A stretch of 63,989 nt of DNA, counting the filler, from an uncultured bacterium (lineage in GTDB: Bacteria > DAOPZR01): the NCBI GenBank assembly GCA_964637655.1. It is 7 parts of 7 records of this genome, joined end to end, with 100 filler letters (N's around TTAATTAATTAA, not from the genome) between each part and the next. Parts side by side here need not be neighbours in the genome. Positions count along the whole stretch, not along the records: positions 39,625 to 49,149 come from CAZWUZ010000147.1; positions 49,250 to 58,701 come from CAZWUZ010000148.1; 5 more parts are not named here. One strand, 5' to 3'. Positions 40,613 through 50,313 of the stretch are shown here, piece after piece. The notes under the pieces are model-generated. The model saw nothing but the letters and a program-made list of their open reading frames with translations. It searched no databases and was not told the origin of the DNA. The position numbers were made by a program, and so were the translations under genes. Position 1 is the stretch's first letter, and every line of letters starts with the position of its first letter.

Positions 40613-40790
40613 GACGCCCTCCCCGCAACCGAATTTGCGTCTACTGTTTTTATCGGCATACCGCGCGCCGAGTGTAAGCCACACTTCGCCGTACGGGATA
40701 CAAAATCAGCGCAACCAATGCAATGACAATACCATGCGTGGATTGCAACGGAATGGCGAAAACGCCGGTATACCCCTTCAGGAGGTGGCA

Positions 40791-41099
40791 ATGGGAACCA
40801 GTGCCGAGTATCGCTGCCGCAAGTGCGGGTATCGCGCCCATGTGTGCGGAGGCCATTCCTGTGGTTTTATCGCGGTGCTGCGCACGAAGTTCTGCCGCAC
40901 CTGCCGTGAACTGGTCGATGTGTCAGTCGGCAGTTTCGGCAAGGACGGCCCGACCGGCGACCCGCAGCTTGACGAGGATCTCAACCGCTGCCCGCGCTGC
41001 AAGGGCAAAAAGCTGCGCATCTGGAAAAGCGGCCAGCCCTGCCCCCGCTGCGGCGGCGCCATGCCTGCAGACCCGCACACCATCTGCCTGTGGGATTGA
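40791..41099 (+). CDS. Multi-CxxC zinc-ribbon protein
   Basis: CRKC, CRTC, CPRC, CPRC; SD AGGAGG. Confidence 0.75.
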   Translation: MGTSAEYRCRKCGYRAHVCGGHSCGFIAVLRTKFCRTCRELVDVSVGSFGKDGPTGDPQLDEDLNRCPRCKGKKLRIWKSGQPCPRCGGAMPADPHTICLWD

Positions 41100-41101
41100 T
41101 T

Positions 41102-41131
41102 TTGACAATCTGCCGATCTGACTGATACACT
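41102..41131 (+). promoter_or_regulatory. Promoter upstream of the nuclease/helicase locus
   Basis: TTGACA-N18-TACACT with extended TG. Confidence 0.55.
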
Positions 41132-41191
41132 GCCGGCGACGCTGTGCATGGGAGCTCACGTTGCCATGCGTCTGGAGGCAGGTCACGTCGC

Positions 41192-42814
41192 ATGATCTAT
41201 CCGGATCAGTTTCCTATCGACGAAAGAGAATTCGACGAAAATCCCGAACGATTGGTGTATGAAGCGCTGCATGGTATCGCTGATGATTACGATGTGTTCT
41301 ACAGCCAGCGTTTTACCGCTGCCCGTGCCGGGGAAAAAGAACATTACGAAGTCGATTTCATTATTATCCATCCGGCTAAAGGGTGCCTGCTCCTGGAAGT
41401 AAAAGGCGGACTGATTGAGTATGATCGCGCCGCAGGAACCTGGACGCAGAACGGCAGGAAAATGCAGCGTTCGCCGGTGGCGCAGGTGCTGGGGTACCGG
41501 AAAAGCCTCGCCACCCGCTACCCGTTGCTCAGCGCCAAACTGCCGATAGGTTGGGCGCTCTGCTTTCCGCAATGTGAACGCGATGAACATGCCGCGCTGC
41601 CGACTGAACTGACGCCCGAGACGGTGCTCGATGAACGCGACCTGCCGTGTCTGGAAAAACAGATTGTGAAGCTGTTTGCCGCTTTGCGCAGGAAACTGCC
41701 GAACTATCCCGGGCTGAGTCGTGATGAATACCGGCCTATCAGGGAAGAGTTGTTGCGCGGACTGGGGATGACGGTGCGGCTGGGAACGCGAATCGAGCGG
41801 GAACGCCCGCAGTGGTTTCGCCTGACTGCCCGTCAGTTCGAGGTGCTGCGTCTTTCACTCGACAGCGAACGCACCGTGGTGCGCGGGTGTGCGGGAAGCG
41901 GCAAGACGGTTATTGCGACGATGCTGGCGAAGGAATGCCTCAACCGCAACCGGCGGGTCCTTTTTCTCTGTTTCAACAAGCCGCTGGCGGAACAGATCGG
42001 CAGCGAATTTGCCGGCGCTGATACGCGGCGGCTGACCTGCGGCGCCTTTTTCACGTTTGCCCGCACAGCGATCAATGACGAAGCCTGGTGGGAGGCACAA
42101 AAACACGATACGGAGTTTTATGATCTGCAGGTTCCGGTCCGGCTCGAAGAGGTGAAAGTAAAAGCAGCGGATCGCTTCGATACGGTGATTATCGATGAAG
42201 GGCAGGATTTTCGCGCGGCCTGGTATGAAATGCTGGAAAGATGGCTGAAGCCGGAAGGACAGATGGTTGTTTTCCTTGATCCGCGTCAGGATCAGTTCCG
42301 TCACTTTACCAGGCTGCCGAAGGAACGGAGTTATCAGAAGCACACGCTGACCCATAATTGCCGCAACGGGCTGGCAATAGCTGAGTATCTCAGGCGCGAG
42401 ACAGGCGCCGAGTTCATGGTCTACGAGGACCCGCCGCAGGGTAAACTGCGCCTGCGCCAGTACCGGCGCCCCGCCGATCAGTTGAAGATGCTGGAAAACG
42501 ACATCGGGACGCTGCTCAAAGGGGATGCCCTCAAGCCGCACCAGATTGTTATTCTGATACAGTCGGACAAGCGTGAATCGGTGCTGGATGGAGTGAAAAA
42601 AATTGCCGGGTGCGAACTGACCAGCAGTTATCACCCGGCGGAATGCCGGCCGCAGCAGATCCGCTATGCGCAGATCAGCGTATTCAAGGGGCTTGAAGCA
42701 GATGTGGTCATTTTAACCGACACGCACTTGCTGTCGGCAACGGAGCGCGAACAGTGCCTGTATCTGGAGGCGAGCCGCGCCCAGCAGTTGCTGATCGTGT
42801 ATCGGCAGTCGTAA
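41192..42814 (+). CDS. NERD nuclease + SF1 (UvrD-like) helicase
   Basis: E...EVDFIIIHP..GCLLLEVKGG (PD-(D/E)xK), SPVAQ; Walker A GCAGSGKT; IIDEGQD; NCRN; FKGLEADVVIL; SRA. Confidence 0.9.
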   Translation: MIYPDQFPIDEREFDENPERLVYEALHGIADDYDVFYSQRFTAARAGEKEHYEVDFIIIHPAKGCLLLEVKGGLIEYDRAAGTWTQNGRKMQRSPVAQVLGYRKSLATRYPLLSAKLPIGWALCFPQCERDEHAALPTELTPETVLDERDLPCLEKQIVKLFAALRRKLPNYPGLSRDEYRPIREELLRGLGMTVRLGTRIERERPQWFRLTARQFEVLRLSLDSERTVVRGCAGSGKTVIATMLAKECLNRNRRVLFLCFNKPLAEQIGSEFAGADTRRLTCGAFFTFARTAINDEAWWEAQKHDTEFYDLQVPVRLEEVKVKAADRFDTVIIDEGQDFRAAWYEMLERWLKPEGQMVVFLDPRQDQFRHFTRLPKERSYQKHTLTHNCRNGLAIAEYLRRETGAEFMVYEDPPQGKLRLRQYRRPADQLKMLENDIGTLLKGDALKPHQIVILIQSDKRESVLDGVKKIAGCELTSSYHPAECRPQQIRYAQISVFKGLEADVVILTDTHLLSATEREQCLYLEASRAQQLLIVYRQS

Positions 42815-42917
42815 CACTAACCGCTTGCGCGGCAGCATGATATGCGGCGCTGCAACGCGACGCTGACAACCGGCGTATAGATCTGCAACAAACGCGGGCA
42901 GACACCATGAGGAGCGT

Positions 42918-43424
42918 ATGAACGAGAAACAGCAGGCACGGGAGATCATTGCGGAACTGGAAAAGGGAAATCTGTCGGTTGATTGCCCGTGCTGCGGCGA
43001 ACGGCTGCCGCTGCGCGATGCCGGGCTGTTTTATCTCAATGACTTCACCCCCGCAGGGGAGGAAATATATCGCCGCAAACTGGCGGAGATCAAAGAGCGG
43101 CGCAAGGAACTGCGGGCCATGCGCGGCAAGATCAGTATCAAGTCGGAAACGGGCGGCAAGGCGGTCAATCTCGGGTTTATTCTCGAACGTCTGGCGCCGG
43201 CGCTTAAAACCTTTTCTTTCGACCGCAACGATTGCCGCTCGCTCTTTGAACCGATCGACTATGTGATCTTCGAAGGACTGAGCAAGCTGGGCAAGGTGAC
43301 ACGCCTGATCTTCTCTGACATCAAGACGGGAAATGCGCGGCTCAATACCAACCAGAAGCAGATCAGGGAACTCGTCGGGCGCAAGAAACTCGACTGGGAC
43401 ACCTATCGCGCGGAGGTGCAGTAA
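42918..43424 (+). CDS. Holliday-junction-resolvase-like (Endonuc_Holl-type) nuclease A
   Basis: CPCC, coiled coil, G.I.ERLAP, DCRSLFEPIDYVIFEG...FSDIKTG.ARL..NQKQIR. Confidence 0.8.
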   Translation: MNEKQQAREIIAELEKGNLSVDCPCCGERLPLRDAGLFYLNDFTPAGEEIYRRKLAEIKERRKELRAMRGKISIKSETGGKAVNLGFILERLAPALKTFSFDRNDCRSLFEPIDYVIFEGLSKLGKVTRLIFSDIKTGNARLNTNQKQIRELVGRKKLDWDTYRAEVQ

Positions 43425-43939
43425 TGCTCTCGCGCATTGCGGCGTTCTTCAATCTGCAGCGGCGCATCTTCGGGGTTTGCCCGGAATGCGATGAAGTGTT
43501 CCGGTTGAGCGACTGCACGATCAATACGCGGGCAAAGTCGGGAAAGAACTGGCTCGACGCTATCGACGCGGAAGAAGCACGCCTCGGCCGGTTGGAAGAA
43601 AAAATCGAGGAACAGCGGGCGAAACTGAAAGAAGCGGCGGCGCGCAAAGGGCGTTTGGCGGCGCAAAAACAGATTCGGCGCATTGACCGTGTCTTCACCC
43701 CGCACCACCTCGAACCGGACGACGCCAAAGTGATTTTCCACCCCATCGATTTTGTCGTGTTTAACGGTCTCACGGACAAGGACAAACGTCCGATGAAGAA
43801 TATTGTGCTGCTGGACCGCCAGACCACCGACAAGGGACATCGTGCGCTGCAGAAGAGTATCGAACAGGCGGTGGAAAAGGGACGCTACGAGTGGCAGACC
43901 CTGCGGGTCGAACAGAACGGCACCATAGTTGCGGAATGA
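43424..43939 (+). CDS. Holliday-junction-resolvase-like protein B (degenerate active site)
   Basis: CPEC, coiled coil, DAKVIFHPIDFVVFNG...LLDRQT...LQKSIEQAVEKG; TAATG overlap with paralogue A. Confidence 0.75.
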   Translation: MLSRIAAFFNLQRRIFGVCPECDEVFRLSDCTINTRAKSGKNWLDAIDAEEARLGRLEEKIEEQRAKLKEAAARKGRLAAQKQIRRIDRVFTPHHLEPDDAKVIFHPIDFVVFNGLTDKDKRPMKNIVLLDRQTTDKGHRALQKSIEQAVEKGRYEWQTLRVEQNGTIVAE

Positions 43940-43948
43940 TTTGACATC

Positions 43949-45223
43949 ATGCCCATAGTGCTGCCGCTGCTCTCTGAATACGATACGTCAGGCAAGAACG
44001 AAGGCACGCTCGATCCGCTGGGGCTGTATGCCATCGCCGACGAACTGGCAACGCAATTGGTGCCGGCCGTGCGTGAGCGCATGGCGCGTGTCCGTTTTCT
44101 GACGGCCATGGCGGTCGGCGCCAAGGTGGTGGAGGGAGTTGCGGCCAATCCCCGCTTCCCGCAAACACCACCATTCATTGTCTGGGAATGGCTGGTTATC
44201 GAGGCGCTGGTGCGCACCTACGGGGACGATGTCTCGCTCAGCCGGATGCCGGGCAAAAACGTCACCCGTTCGGCACTGGAACGCTTCGGACATCTCGACA
44301 GTCGTACCTATCTCAAAACTCCGCGAGTGTTCGGCTTTTATGGTGTATACAAGCGGCTGGCTGAACACTGTGGCGTGCTGCTTTCCAATCTAGCCTGTCA
44401 CCCGCGGCATGGCGATGCGCTGGTGCATGTGTGGGCGAAGGATCGGGGCATAGGCGATTTGGCATCGCTGTTGAATACCTGGCGGCGTGGTGTAGAAAAG
44501 GCACTCGCAATGCAGCCACCCCGCACGGAAATCGGCTGGCGCATGGCGGATTGGCAGGAACTGGCCGAACATTTGCACCCCGGCAAAGCGCGTGCTGCGG
44601 AAAAACGGTATCTTGCAGGCCTGCTTTGCGGCGAGGAGGCGGCGCTCGGCGCCTTTGCCGATATGTGGAAACTGGCGGATGGATTGTCGCCATCGTCTTA
44701 TGATGAGCGCCGGTTTCACGAGAAAGTCATGAAACGGTATCCGCATTACGGGACATTGCTTGGGACGATACAGGCCTATGAGCACTTTTCGCGATGCCTG
44801 ACAGATGCTTTCGATATCATACGGGCTGAAGCAACGACGAATGAGGAGCGCGGATACCGTTTTACTCACGCCGGATCCGACAAGGAGATGCAGGCACTGG
44901 CAAAGGAAATTCCCGCGGCCTACCATGAAGCACTTGCCCGGTTTGGGGATGGGGCGCTTGTGGTGCGTTTTTCTGACAGATTTGCGCGGTTCGCCCAGAC
45001 ATATTCAGCCGCTGAATTGGCCCGGGTAGTGCATGCGCATCATGTAACAGTGCAGCGCAATAAAGATGAGGAAGGAAAGCTTCCGTGGTTTGATGTAAGC
45101 AGCGACGAACGGCTGATTATCAGGCGTCGTTATGAAGTGCCGCAGCGTCCGCAACGCTCGCACTGGTATGTGCACGGCTATCGTACCGGTCCGCTTGCCT
45201 CGTTTTACCGTGATTTACAATGA
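43949..45223 (+). CDS. Conserved hypothetical protein (DPLG motif, DUF6361-like)
   Basis: GTLDPLGLYAIADELATQLVPAV..R..RVRF, FGFYGVYKRL; operonic with the PLD and SNF2 genes. Confidence 0.65.
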   Translation: MPIVLPLLSEYDTSGKNEGTLDPLGLYAIADELATQLVPAVRERMARVRFLTAMAVGAKVVEGVAANPRFPQTPPFIVWEWLVIEALVRTYGDDVSLSRMPGKNVTRSALERFGHLDSRTYLKTPRVFGFYGVYKRLAEHCGVLLSNLACHPRHGDALVHVWAKDRGIGDLASLLNTWRRGVEKALAMQPPRTEIGWRMADWQELAEHLHPGKARAAEKRYLAGLLCGEEAALGAFADMWKLADGLSPSSYDERRFHEKVMKRYPHYGTLLGTIQAYEHFSRCLTDAFDIIRAEATTNEERGYRFTHAGSDKEMQALAKEIPAAYHEALARFGDGALVVRFSDRFARFAQTYSAAELARVVHAHHVTVQRNKDEEGKLPWFDVSSDERLIIRRRYEVPQRPQRSHWYVHGYRTGPLASFYRDLQ

Positions 45224-47310
45224 GCACACGGGGAACGCTGCTTGAACTCTGGCGGCCGCCGGCTACGGCAGGTGAACCGCTTGGCTGTCTGACGACCACC
45301 TATACCTTCGATCCGGCCTTTTTTGAAGAAGAGTGCCTTTCCCGTTTCCTCGAAGTGGACACCGTGCCCGGCAGAAGTAATCGACTGGCGTATGTTCTTG
45401 ACCGCGATACACGACTGGAAAAAACATATGCGGGGGTGCTGGCTGATATCGCGATGGCTGGCGTCGAGCATGCCTGGCGCTGGGACGTCCTGCCGGTACG
45501 CGTGCCGCGTGGCATCCAGCACGCCAAACTGACGCTGCTCGCCTGGCAGGGTGCGTTGCGGATTATTATCGCTTCGGCCAATTGCACACCGAGTGGCTAT
45601 CGCACGAATCAGGAAGTGTTTGGCTGTATCGACTGCACGCCGTTTGCCCATGAGGCAGCGGCATATACTGCCTGTCGCGAGTTTATCGACCGGCTTTGCA
45701 CCTGCGTACCTGACAGTGGTGAGGAACGCAGTCCGCTGGCGCGTGCACGGGCATTCCTCGCGCTGGTGGATGCTCGGGTGCGTGAGTGGACAGAGGTTGC
45801 CACACGCGGCAAGAACCTCGTGGTGCTGCCGGTATTTTCGGCGCCGGGAACCGGCACGAAGGAGGCGGCACAAACGCTTGCTGATTGCATTGCACATTGT
45901 CGGTCGGTTGGGCGTGCTCCACGGACAGCGTACATTGCCTCGCCATTTTTCAACGACCACGAGCATGACGAAACGGATGCGCCAACGGCAAAACTGATTG
46001 AATTGATGGATCAGAACCACGCTGAGGTAACGCTTTGCCTGCCCCGTGCCGGCGAAAACAGCGGAACCGTAACGAAAGTTGCGGCACCCAAAGCGGTTTA
46101 TACGACGCTGCTTGGCAAGGTGAACAAAAGCCCGATCTGCCTGTTGCCCGAACGTGATGAGGATGACAATACGCGTATTTGGCATGCCAAGATGCTGAGG
46201 TTTGCCGATCGTGACCGCTATGAGGCACATTATGTCGGGTCGGCTAATTGGACTTCCGCGGGGATGGGGATTGGCGCGCGGATCAATTTTGAAGCGGGGT
46301 TGCTCTATCTGTGCAAAAAACGAAAGTATGACCGGAATGCCGGCCAATTGGCACGCTTATGGTCGAGAATGTCGGAAGTCCCGGACCCTGCGACCATCAG
46401 GTGGATGGGAGCGCAGTCCATCACCGAGGAAATGCCGGGGGAACAGCAGGCAGTGCTGCCAGGCGGCTTTGTCAGCGCGGTGTATGCCGCAGGTGACAAC
46501 CCCGAACTCCGGCTGAGCTTTGCGCCCGAGGCGTTGCCGGCACAGTGGCAGATAAGCAGCGACCGGGCCGAAGCGGGAGTGTTGCTCGATAGCATACTGT
46601 ATGCACAGAGGGAAAATCAGGAAAATGTATGCCTGCCGTGGCGACTGTCCGATCCCCCGTGTTATCTGCTGGTTGCGTGGGAAAATCAGACTGCCTATTG
46701 GACGCTGAATATCGCTGATGATCGGGTATTGCCCGCGGCGCCGGAACTCGGGGAATTGAACGAAGACCAGTTGATCGCGTATCTGGCGGCAGTCGATCCG
46801 GGAGCGGTGCTGCGGGCTGCGCTGGCACGCGCGAGCAGCAGCGATGACGAAGAAATCGAAACGGTGGCGGCTATCGATCTCGATCCGCTGCGGCGGTACG
46901 ATTTGCAGGCGACCTTCCTGCATCGCGTGCGGCGCTGGGCGCGGCAATTCGCGCGTATTCGCGCACGGCTGGAAGAGCCGGTTGCGAGTGTGCGCATACT
47001 GGAAAGCAACCTGCGCGGCATAATCGGGATCAGGACGCTGGTGCGCAAACTGGCGGCCAATTGCACGGACCCGAACCACAACCGGGTAGAGAGCATACTG
47101 GTGCTGGCCGACTTTCTGCTCATGCTCACCATGGTGCACTATCGTGGCGGTGAAAGGGCGTTATCGCGGCGCTCGTTTACCACAGCCTACCGCACCTTTC
47201 TCGGCGAGGTGGCAGACGAAGCGGAGGCGGCAGTGCGCACCGTTAGCGCTGATCTCGATACGGAACTCGCACAATTCTGGCAGGGTGTGTTGCAGAGGTG
47301 CCGGGCATGA
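45220..47310 (+). CDS. Phospholipase D-family nuclease with two HxK motifs
   Basis: TTYTFD; HAKLTLL...IASANCT; IASPFF; HAKMLRF...VGSANWT...NFEAG; ATGA overlaps at both ends. Confidence 0.88.
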   Translation: MSTRGTLLELWRPPATAGEPLGCLTTTYTFDPAFFEEECLSRFLEVDTVPGRSNRLAYVLDRDTRLEKTYAGVLADIAMAGVEHAWRWDVLPVRVPRGIQHAKLTLLAWQGALRIIIASANCTPSGYRTNQEVFGCIDCTPFAHEAAAYTACREFIDRLCTCVPDSGEERSPLARARAFLALVDARVREWTEVATRGKNLVVLPVFSAPGTGTKEAAQTLADCIAHCRSVGRAPRTAYIASPFFNDHEHDETDAPTAKLIELMDQNHAEVTLCLPRAGENSGTVTKVAAPKAVYTTLLGKVNKSPICLLPERDEDDNTRIWHAKMLRFADRDRYEAHYVGSANWTSAGMGIGARINFEAGLLYLCKKRKYDRNAGQLARLWSRMSEVPDPATIRWMGAQSITEEMPGEQQAVLPGGFVSAVYAAGDNPELRLSFAPEALPAQWQISSDRAEAGVLLDSILYAQRENQENVCLPWRLSDPPCYLLVAWENQTAYWTLNIADDRVLPAAPELGELNEDQLIAYLAAVDPGAVLRAALARASSSDDEEIETVAAIDLDPLRRYDLQATFLHRVRRWARQFARIRARLEEPVASVRILESNLRGIIGIRTLVRKLAANCTDPNHNRVESILVLADFLLMLTMVHYRGGERALSRRSFTTAYRTFLGEVADEAEAAVRTVSADLDTELAQFWQGVLQRCRA

Positions 47311-49149
47311 ACTACACGATACCGCGGGAATTGACGCTGGGGCGGCATGACAATGTGCATATTCCCTACGCTGATCAGCAGCGGCAGCGGGTGGAAGTGG
47401 CAGAAGTGCTGCGTCGTTTCGCGGATAGGCCGGGCATTATCCTTGCAGATGAGGTCGGGATGGGAAAAACCTTTGTCGCGCTGGCTGTCGGCTATGCGCT
47501 GGCCAGCAGCCGGCCGAGCGGCCCGGTGGTGGTGATGGTGCCACCCAACCTGCTCGACAAATGGAAGAAGGACCTCGAGCGGTTCTGCAAACTCTATCTC
47601 GACAAAGTATTGCCGCTGGAACCACAGGAAGAGGCGCCGAATTCATGGGACGGCACGGTATTGCGTTTTGGCTGCGCAGAAACCGCATCACAGTTCTTTA
47701 AATATTTGGACGATCCCCCGCGCCGCCGCTGTCGCTTCATCTTTCTGAATGCGCGGGCGATGACCCGCGGTCTGGATGACAAATTTGTCAAATTGGCGCT
47801 GATCCGCAGGGCGTTGCTCAGCGCCGGCAAGCGACGGCGAATTGCGTCAGTACGCAGGACGATACATCGTTTTCTCGGAGACATTCTGGTGCTCAAAGGG
47901 CACCAAAATCGCAGCCATAAGGGTGAAGAACTCTGGCAGGAATTGCTTGGCGCGCCGCCGCAAAACTGGCAGGCGATCTACAACAGTTTCGTCAAGCGGG
48001 AAGCAGACCGGATGACGGATGACCCGGTACCCAGGGCTGTGCTGAAAGCGCTGGAACAGGTGCGGGTGAGTCGCCTTGCTGATGCACTGGAAAAGGTCCC
48101 GGTCAAGGCCCGTGGCGGTACGGATCGTTTGCAGGAACGGCTGACAGATGTGCGCCGAACGCTGAATGAAGAATTGCGTGAGTTGTGGCGGGAAATTACG
48201 GCTACGGCTCGCTGGCGCTCGCCCCTGCTGATATTTGATGAAGCGCACCATCTGAAGAATCCTGATACCTGCCTTGCCCGTCAGTTTCGTCAGCATGAGG
48301 AAGAAGAAAAGGTGAAGCCGGGCGATGGGACGATGGCGCACCGGTATGAGCGCATGCTCTTCCTGACCGCGACGCCGTTCCAGCTTGCGCATCACGAACT
48401 GGTTGAGGTGTTGCGCCGGTTTACGCATGTGCATACGGAGCGCGGAAGTACAGAACGAAGTGTGTGGCAGGATGAACTGACGCGCCTGGAACGGGCGCTG
48501 AATGAAGCGCAGCGCAATAAGATCCGCTTTTACCGGCTGTGGTCGACAATGCGAACGGAGGATCTGGGGACAGCACAGGATGTCGAGCAGTGGTGGGCGC
48601 AGCAGCAGGCGCTCCCGCGCGAACAGCGTGCGGCGCGAGCGGACGAAATTTGCAGCGTGATCAATCAGTGCGCGGAGCAGGGAAAAGAGGCGGAACGCCT
48701 GCTGCGTCTCTGGCTTATCCGGCACAACAAGCAGGAAACCTGGCCGGGGACAGATGTCGCCAGACGCCGGCGTTTTGCCGGGCAGGCAATGCTGCTGCCT
48801 GCGGCAAGCGGTGGGTTGCAGGTGCCTGCCAGCCAGATGCTGCCGTTCTTTCTGGCCGCGCGCAGCACGGCTGACCCATCGGCGGAACTGCTCAGTGAGG
48901 CACTTTGCTCGTCGTATGAGGCCTTCCGGAAAACCCGGGCGGACAATCGGGCGCATAAAGATGAATGTATGGACGTAGCATGCCCTGCGCGGCCGGATGC
49001 GCCCTGGGTGTTGGGAGAATTCGACCGGGTTATCGCCAGGCGGGAAGGTGCGCTGCATCCCAAAATGGCGGCAACGGTGCAGCGTGCTGCTGACCTGTGG
49101 GAACAGGGTGAAAAGGTGCTCATCTTTGCCTTTTACCGGCATACCTGCC
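47307..49149 (+). CDS. SNF2-family SF2 helicase/ATPase (3' truncated)
   Basis: GIILADEVGMGKT, VMVPPNL..KW, LIFDEAHHLKN, LFLTATPFQ, HPKM...GEKVLIF. Confidence 0.92.
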
Positions 49150-49249
49150 NNNNNNNNNNNNNNNNNNNNNNNNNNNNNNNNNNNNNNNNNNNNTTAATTA
49201 ATTAANNNNNNNNNNNNNNNNNNNNNNNNNNNNNNNNNNNNNNNNNNNN
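49150..49249. other. Artificial contig linker
   Basis: N run with TTAATTAATTAA. Confidence 0.99.
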
Positions 49250-49315
49250 AAGGCGGATACAAAAACTTGCACGCTGCCCGACGGGATGGTATGCTCGCCG
49301 TCGAGGGGAAACGCA

Positions 49316-49573
49316 ATGGACTGGCTTATTCTGGCGGGGGCGGTGCTGCTCGGTGTCGGCATCGTCGCCTATATCCTGATGCACCTGACCGGCGGGGAAA
49401 GCCGCGACGCGGCGCGCGAGCGGCGCTGCCCGCTCTGCAAGAGCGTGCTCGGGCAGGACGAGACGGTCGTGGCGCAGATCCTCACGCAGAAACCGCCGCA
49501 ACAGATCAAGATCAAGGGGTGCCGGCACTGCCTGCCGCACTACCGCGACCTCCCCCCGGAGCAGAAACCATGA
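49316..49573 (+). CDS. Small membrane-anchored zinc-finger protein
   Basis: N-terminal TM, CPLC...GCRHC; promoter TTGCAC-N17-TATGCT at 49267-49295. Confidence 0.7.
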   Translation: MDWLILAGAVLLGVGIVAYILMHLTGGESRDAARERRCPLCKSVLGQDETVVAQILTQKPPQQIKIKGCRHCLPHYRDLPPEQKP

Positions 49574-50313
49574 GCCGCCGCCCGCTGCTGGTGCTGACCA
49601 ACGACGACGGCATCCTCGCCGACGGTATCCAGGTGCTGGCGCGCGCGCTGGCCCGGGTCGGGCGCGTCGTGGTGGTGGCACCGGAAGGGGAGCGCAGCGC
49701 CATTTCGCGCGCGCTGTCGCTGACCCGCATCCTGCGCGCGAAGGAGGTGGCGCGCGACCGCCACGCGGTGCAGGGGACGCCCACCGACTGCATCAACTAC
49801 GCGCTCTTCGGGCTGCACCTCAAGCCCGCGCTGGTCATCTCCGGCATCAACCGCGGGCCCAACCTGGCGGATGACATCGCCTACTCGGGGACGGCGGCGG
49901 CGGCGGCGGAGGCGGCGGCGTTCGGGCTGACGGCATGCGCGCTGTCGCTCGACATCGGCAAACGGCGCAACTATGCGCTGGCGGCGCGCTGGGGGGTGCG
50001 CGTGGCGCGGCAGCTGCTCGCCCGCGGGCTCCCTCCCCGCACCTACCTCAACGTCAATGTGCCCGACCTCGCGCGGGTGCGCGGGGTGCGGGTCACGCAG
50101 GTGGGCGCGCGGCGCTACCGCAACGCGCTGACGCGGCGGGTCGACCCGTTCGGCGGCGACTATTTCTGGCTGGGCGGCGGCAAGCCGCAGTGGCAACCGC
50201 AGCGTGATGCCGACCAGGACGCGGTGGCGGCCGGCTACGTCTCCGTTTCCCCCCTGACCCTCGATGTCACCGCGCATGCGCTGCGCGGTGAACTGGCGCA
50301 GTGGCGGTGGTGA
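49570..50313 (+). CDS. surE: 5'/3'-nucleotidase SurE
   Basis: LTNDDGI, VVAP..ERSA.S, GTPTDC, SGINRGPN...YSGT, LNVNVP, VSVSPL. Confidence 0.96.
   Translation: MSRRPLLVLTNDDGILADGIQVLARALARVGRVVVVAPEGERSAISRALSLTRILRAKEVARDRHAVQGTPTDCINYALFGLHLKPALVISGINRGPNLADDIAYSGTAAAAAEAAAFGLTACALSLDIGKRRNYALAARWGVRVARQLLARGLPPRTYLNVNVPDLARVRGVRVTQVGARRYRNALTRRVDPFGGDYFWLGGGKPQWQPQRDADQDAVAAGYVSVSPLTLDVTAHALRGELAQWRW

Noticed and set aside
41192-49149. Calling the locus DISARM, BREX, Druantia or type I/III RM
   Set aside because: No methyltransferase, DUF1998, PglZ or specificity subunit is visible in the available sequence.
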